NCBI RefSeq assembly: GCF_964204645.1 | Contig: NC_134026.1 | Span: 9,137,950 to 9,201,949 of the forward strand | Origin: Tubulanus polymorphus | Taxonomy: Eukaryota; Animalia; Nemertea | Direction of reading: 5' to 3' | DNA: 64,000 nt | Shown here: positions 60,101 to 64,000 of the stretch, piece after piece | How the letters are laid out: each line of letters begins with the position of its first letter | Position numbering within the stretch: the first letter of the stretch is position 1 | The notes under the pieces: generated by a model | Told to the model about the DNA's origin: nothing | The model's input: only the letters and a program-made list of their open reading frames with translations | Databases searched by the model: none | Translations under genes and position numbers: made by a program

Positions 60101-63100
60101 AAGTAAAGATCCTGATTACTAAAATGAACTCGCGAGTGATATGTTATGCTTAACATACAGGCCAACTGCAACTTCCGCAGTCATGAGTTAGATTTCATTT
60201 TGGTCAAAATTAAAATGATAAGGGCGGGAGGTACCCCACTTTTGAATGTGAGAGTCAAGTCCATCATTTGCACAATTGATTGACCAAAAAGAATCAGATT
60301 GCAAAGAAATGCATCGACAGGCTTCCAGAAATTCTACATTTCAAGGACTTCTACCATGCCTGTGCTTGCACCCCCCTTCCAAATATGGTTCCACAGCCCT
60401 TATTCACATGTGTATGAAATCCTTTTGGCACAAAAGCTGTGGAATTTCATCTGAAGGTCCCATTAACAAATAAAAATGAATGATACATTTCAATTGAATT
60501 TTCCAGCTGAGGAGGCAGACACATCATTGATATTCGATGGTGAAACGCAAGGGTACGATTACGACATATTTAACCAGCCAACTCAAGCTTGTAGACCCCC
60601 CAATTCAAAGTTGAAAGACACAGATGAGGATGATGAAATGGTAAATACATGTGTTAAAAATATACGGGTACAATAATAGGTTTTACTACCAAAAAAATTT
60701 TTCTGATTTCAATTTGCCAGCAGTAAAAATCTGTCTACATTTTACTGATTAGACACCAGGTCAACACGGCTCATCTACTATACTTTGATTTTCTTGTAGA
60801 AGTAACAATACATACGTATACTAGATATTACAGTATTCATTCAGTAATCAAGAAATTTCCCATCAGAACCCAGTTCTAAAGTTCAGAATTTGACTCAAGA
60901 GATGCATAAAAAAAGGCCCAGTTCAACTTTTCTGAGTACAACTTAACTCAGGATTAAGATTAAACTCTACAAGAGTCAGAAGTCATCTCAGAACTTTTGA
61001 ACTGGGACTTCATGCTTTTTGAATCAAATGAGTGGCCTCTCATTAGATAACCTTTATTGATTATTTTTTCATGGAGTTAATTTATGTAAATTTAGGATGA
61101 CGAGGCAACAAAGGAGAATATCAATAATGTGTCATCAATGTCGGACATTTTTGATCAATCTACTCAACTGTGTGCCTCAAATACAGTGGCCAGTGATGAC
61201 GAAACAGACGATGATGAAACTACGACAAACATTTTCTGCGAACCGACATTGGCCATTGATCTGATCAACGAATCGCCTTCCGAACGCAATAAAGCCGGTT
61301 CACCGATTATGTCTACTGATGCATCAACTCAAATACTGTCGTCGCTGAGCGCTTGTGCTCCTACGCAGATACTGTCTCCGACAGCGAATGCACAAACTTT
61401 GCTCTTATCCTCTCCATCTGCTAGTGCCCCTACGCAGATTCTCTCCCCTTCTGCCACATCGTTTTCCGCCTGTGCGTCAACTTTGGTGCTTTCTCCCTCC
61501 ACTAGTGATACGCAAATACTGCCAGTGTCTCCCATTTGTCAACGCAACAGTTCTCCTTTGAAGTCTGCGCTTAAATCACAAAACGAAAAGGCAACGATGT
61601 TGAAAAAAGTCATCAAGTTTGGAATTGAAGATATGGCATGTGAAAATTATGATGACGATGACGATGATGATGACCCTGATCGTACTCTAGATCCAGCTGA
61701 AGAAGTAAAATATGATGGTACTGATCAAGAGAATGCAGCTAATAGATGTTCAAAATCTGGTGAAGAACCAACTCAAGCTGTTGTATTTGATGAACCAACT
61801 CAAGTTGTGACATTTGAGGAGCCAACGCAAGCTGTAGCATTCGATGAACCCACTCAGGCCATGGGTCTGGATGAACCGACTCAAGCTGTGACATTTGAGG
61901 AGCCAACTCAAGCTGTCGCTTTTGATGAACCCACTCAGGCCATGGGTTTGGATGAACCAACTCAAGTTGTGACATTTGATGAGCCAACGCAAGCTGTAAC
62001 ATTCGATGAACCCACTCAGGCTATGGGTCTAGATGAACCAACTCAAGCTGTGACATTTGAGGAACCAACTCAAGCTGTTGCTTTTGATGAACCCACTCAG
62101 GCCATGGGTTTGGATGAACCAACTCAAGTTGTGACATTTGAGGAGCCAACTCAAGCTGTTGCCTTTGATGAACCCACACAGGCCATGGGTATGAATGAAC
62201 CAACGCAAGTTGTGACATTTGATGAGCCAACGCAAGCCATGGGTCTAGATGAACCAACTGAAGCGGTGACATTTGAAGAGCAAACTCAAGCTGTGACATT
62301 CGATGAACCAACACAGGCTATGGGACTAGATGAACCAACACAGGCCATGAAACTGAATGAATCAACATTGACTTTGGAGCTTGAACCCATGCAGCCTATG
62401 GAACTAGATGAACCCACTCAACCTATGGAACTAGAGGAACCTACTCAACCTATGGAACTAAATGAACCTACTCATCCTATGGAACTGGAGGAATCAAAAG
62501 TAAAAGTAGGAGTTGTTGCAGGTGTGAAACCAAGAGGCGGAAGAAGAAAACAAAAGATAAATGAAACTAAATCTGTGAGTCTTGATGAATCCACTCAGCC
62601 TATGAGACTAAATGAACCTACTCAGCCTATGGGAATAGATGAACCAACACAGCCTATGGGAATAGATGAACCAACACAGCCTTTGGAACTGGAGAAATCA
62701 AAAGTAAAACTAGGAGTTGTTGCAGGTGTAAAATCAAGAGGTGGAAGAAGAAAACAAAAGATAAATGAAACTAAATCTGTGAGTCTTGACGAACCCACTC
62801 AGCCTATGGGAATAGATGAACCAACACAGCCCATGGGACTGGATGAACCCACACAGCCTATGGGACTAGATGAACCCACTCAACCTATGGGACTAGATGA
62901 ACCTACTCAACTTTTGAGATTAGATGAACCAAAAGCTGAAGTAGGAAATGTTACAGATGTAAAATCTCGAGGAGGAAGGAGGATACAAAAGGCTTCTAAA
63001 AATGTGGATTATGATACAGAGGCTAAAGTTAAAGTTGAAACTCAGCGCAAAGCTAGAAAAGGAAAGCAGATGAAAACACATGAAGCAGACCAAAATGCTT

Positions 63101-64000
63101 CAGAGCTGGAAGAAGTTAGAACCAGGGTTGGTAGTGGTATTGAAACTGCAGTTGAACCTGATGTCCCGACAGCCCAAGTGATAAAAAAATCATCTGATAA
63201 ATCAAAATCAAAAATCTTGGATAAGAATCAGCAATTTATTGAACACAAAGTAAAAGCAATCAGCCGAGAATTGGATTTACCAGTTGAAGGAACAACAGTT
63301 ACTAATGGCAAGGGAAAAGGAAAAGGAAAGCGCAAGACAAAGAAACCTGATACACCTGATATTGAGATTTCAAATAAGAAAGATACTTCAGAACTCTCTT
63401 TGGCTGAAGTTCCAATGGATGAAAGCATGATAAAGGATAGTGAAAAAGTCACTACGGTGAGAGGGAGACGGAGCTCCAGGAAATCAGTGGTTCCATCCGT
63501 ATCTTGCAGTAAAGGCTCATCTGAAAAAGATGTTAAACCAGACAATATCAGTAGTGCAGAAGTGCCGTTGTCTGCTGAATTGAATGATCAAAAGACTGTT
63601 AGTAATACTCAGGGAAGGGGTACAAGAAGCACTAGGAAATCTGTTATGCCTTCTAGCAGTGAAAGTGAAGTGATTACTAAAAAAGATATGTCTCCAGATG
63701 GTATTGGACATACTGAGGTGTCTTCGTCTGGTGATGCAAGTGAACAAAAAACTGTTAGTAGTACTCGGGGAAGGGGTATAAGAAGCACTAGGAAATCTGT
63801 TATTCCTTCTTGCGGTGAAAGTGAAGTGATGACTAAAAAAGATATTTCTCCAGATGAAATTGAAAATACGGAGGTGTCTTTGTCTCTTGATGCAAGTGAA
63901 CGAAAAACTGTTACTAGTACAATGGGAAGGGGTACAAGAGGCACTAGAAAATCTGTTAAGCCATCTAGCAGTAACGCAATGACTCAAAAAGATGTTTCTT
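54115..64000 (+). CDS. MDC1: Mediator of DNA damage checkpoint protein 1-like (FHA domain plus TQ and basic repeats), 3'-incomplete
   Basis: Exons 54115-54201, 55260-55376, 56390-56482, 57335-57427, 58261-58359, 59937-59955, 60507-60640 and 61096 to beyond 64000. N-terminal MDIGCTQAL (cf. human MEDTQAI). FHA domain IGKLTV...GENIIGRDPACKIYIPSAVLSREHACIEV...DKGSLNKT...RYELKDGDEIFFG with the GR, SxxH and GSxN residues. Followed by an acidic region, a TQ array and RGR-rich repeats. The last exon stays open for 2.9 kb, which is why the ORF track misses it. The diagnostic tandem BRCT domain would lie outside the window. Confidence 0.85.
54300..54620 (+). mobile_element. CR1-type LINE 3' end fragment
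   Basis: Decayed peptides FKVHHRKTETYKNFNSFF and HWNNLDNTTVSATSVEAF*ARL match the SFFPRT..WN.L...V.A.S...FK pattern. Confidence 0.65.
54665..54740 (-). mobile_element. tRNA-derived SINE head or tRNA pseudogene
   Basis: Minus strand tggtctagtggcaagatgctgcgctaacaatatgcgggcccgggctcgaatac: A-box and degenerate B-box present; the acceptor stem does not pair. Confidence 0.5.
58590..59871 (+). mobile_element. Degenerate HINE-like element with nested tRNA-derived fragments, in MDC1 intron 5
   Basis: 5' hairpin ccactgggggcttacgccccagtgg-gctattgc, decayed ~154-bp units, and 3' caagtggacccctagt. A/B-box tRNA-like stretches at about 58727-58787 and 58974-59049. Confidence 0.5.
61762..62922 (+). repeat. 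Coding 27-bp tandem repeat (9 aa, [DE]EPTQ[AVP][VML]x[FLI]), about 36 units in three blocks
   Basis: Hand translation. Units 2-16 follow an 81-bp three-unit cycle (..VTF / ..VAF / ..MGL). Blocks are separated by a duplicated basic spacer, GVVAGVK[PS]RGGRRKQKINETKSVSL. Confidence 0.95.
63440..64000 (+). repeat. Coding 156-bp (52-aa) Ser/Thr-rich repeat with an RGRGTRSTRKSV-type motif, at least 3 copies plus one degenerate copy
   Basis: QKTVS at 63589, QKTVS at 63745 and RKTVT at 63901 give an exact 156-nt period. Confidence 0.9.

Noticed and set aside
61762-62922. Regular 27-bp repeat array considered as a CRISPR array
   Set aside because: Units abut with no unique spacers, vary at synonymous positions and lie in an open coding frame of a eukaryotic exon; no cas genes are present.
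61329-63987. Minus-strand and alternate-frame ORFs over the MDC1 large exon
   Set aside because: Shadow frames of a repetitive coding exon; the spliced plus-strand frame explains the sequence.

Overview
AT-rich, intron-rich animal genomic DNA. The gene content and repeat families suggest a marine invertebrate, probably a lophotrochozoan (inference). All gene models were spliced by hand from the sequence; family calls rest on recognised motifs, not on database searches. From left to right: the last two exons of an uncharacterised gene (+), a decayed class A GPCR pseudogene (-), and a complete 32-exon RICTOR gene (+, 4109-40262, about 1655 aa). The two largest RICTOR introns hold antisense nested genes: an intact intronless GPCR with a dead paralog, and a signal-peptide/LRR gene sitting among LINE 3' ends. 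Next is a 5-exon FKBP12-like gene (-) convergent with RICTOR, whose last intron is a minor-spliceosome AT-AC intron. Head-to-head with it lies an MDC1-like FHA gene (+) that runs off the window and carries about 32 tandem TQ motifs plus 52-aa basic repeats. Introns contain Helentron-like (HINE) elements with ~154-bp internal repeats that each carry a CTCF-like motif, a Penelope-type insertion with a minimal hammerhead ribozyme and a 15-bp TSD, a Harbinger derivative, SINEs, LINE tails and MITEs. Most ORFs in the supplied track are spurious or are single exons read into introns.
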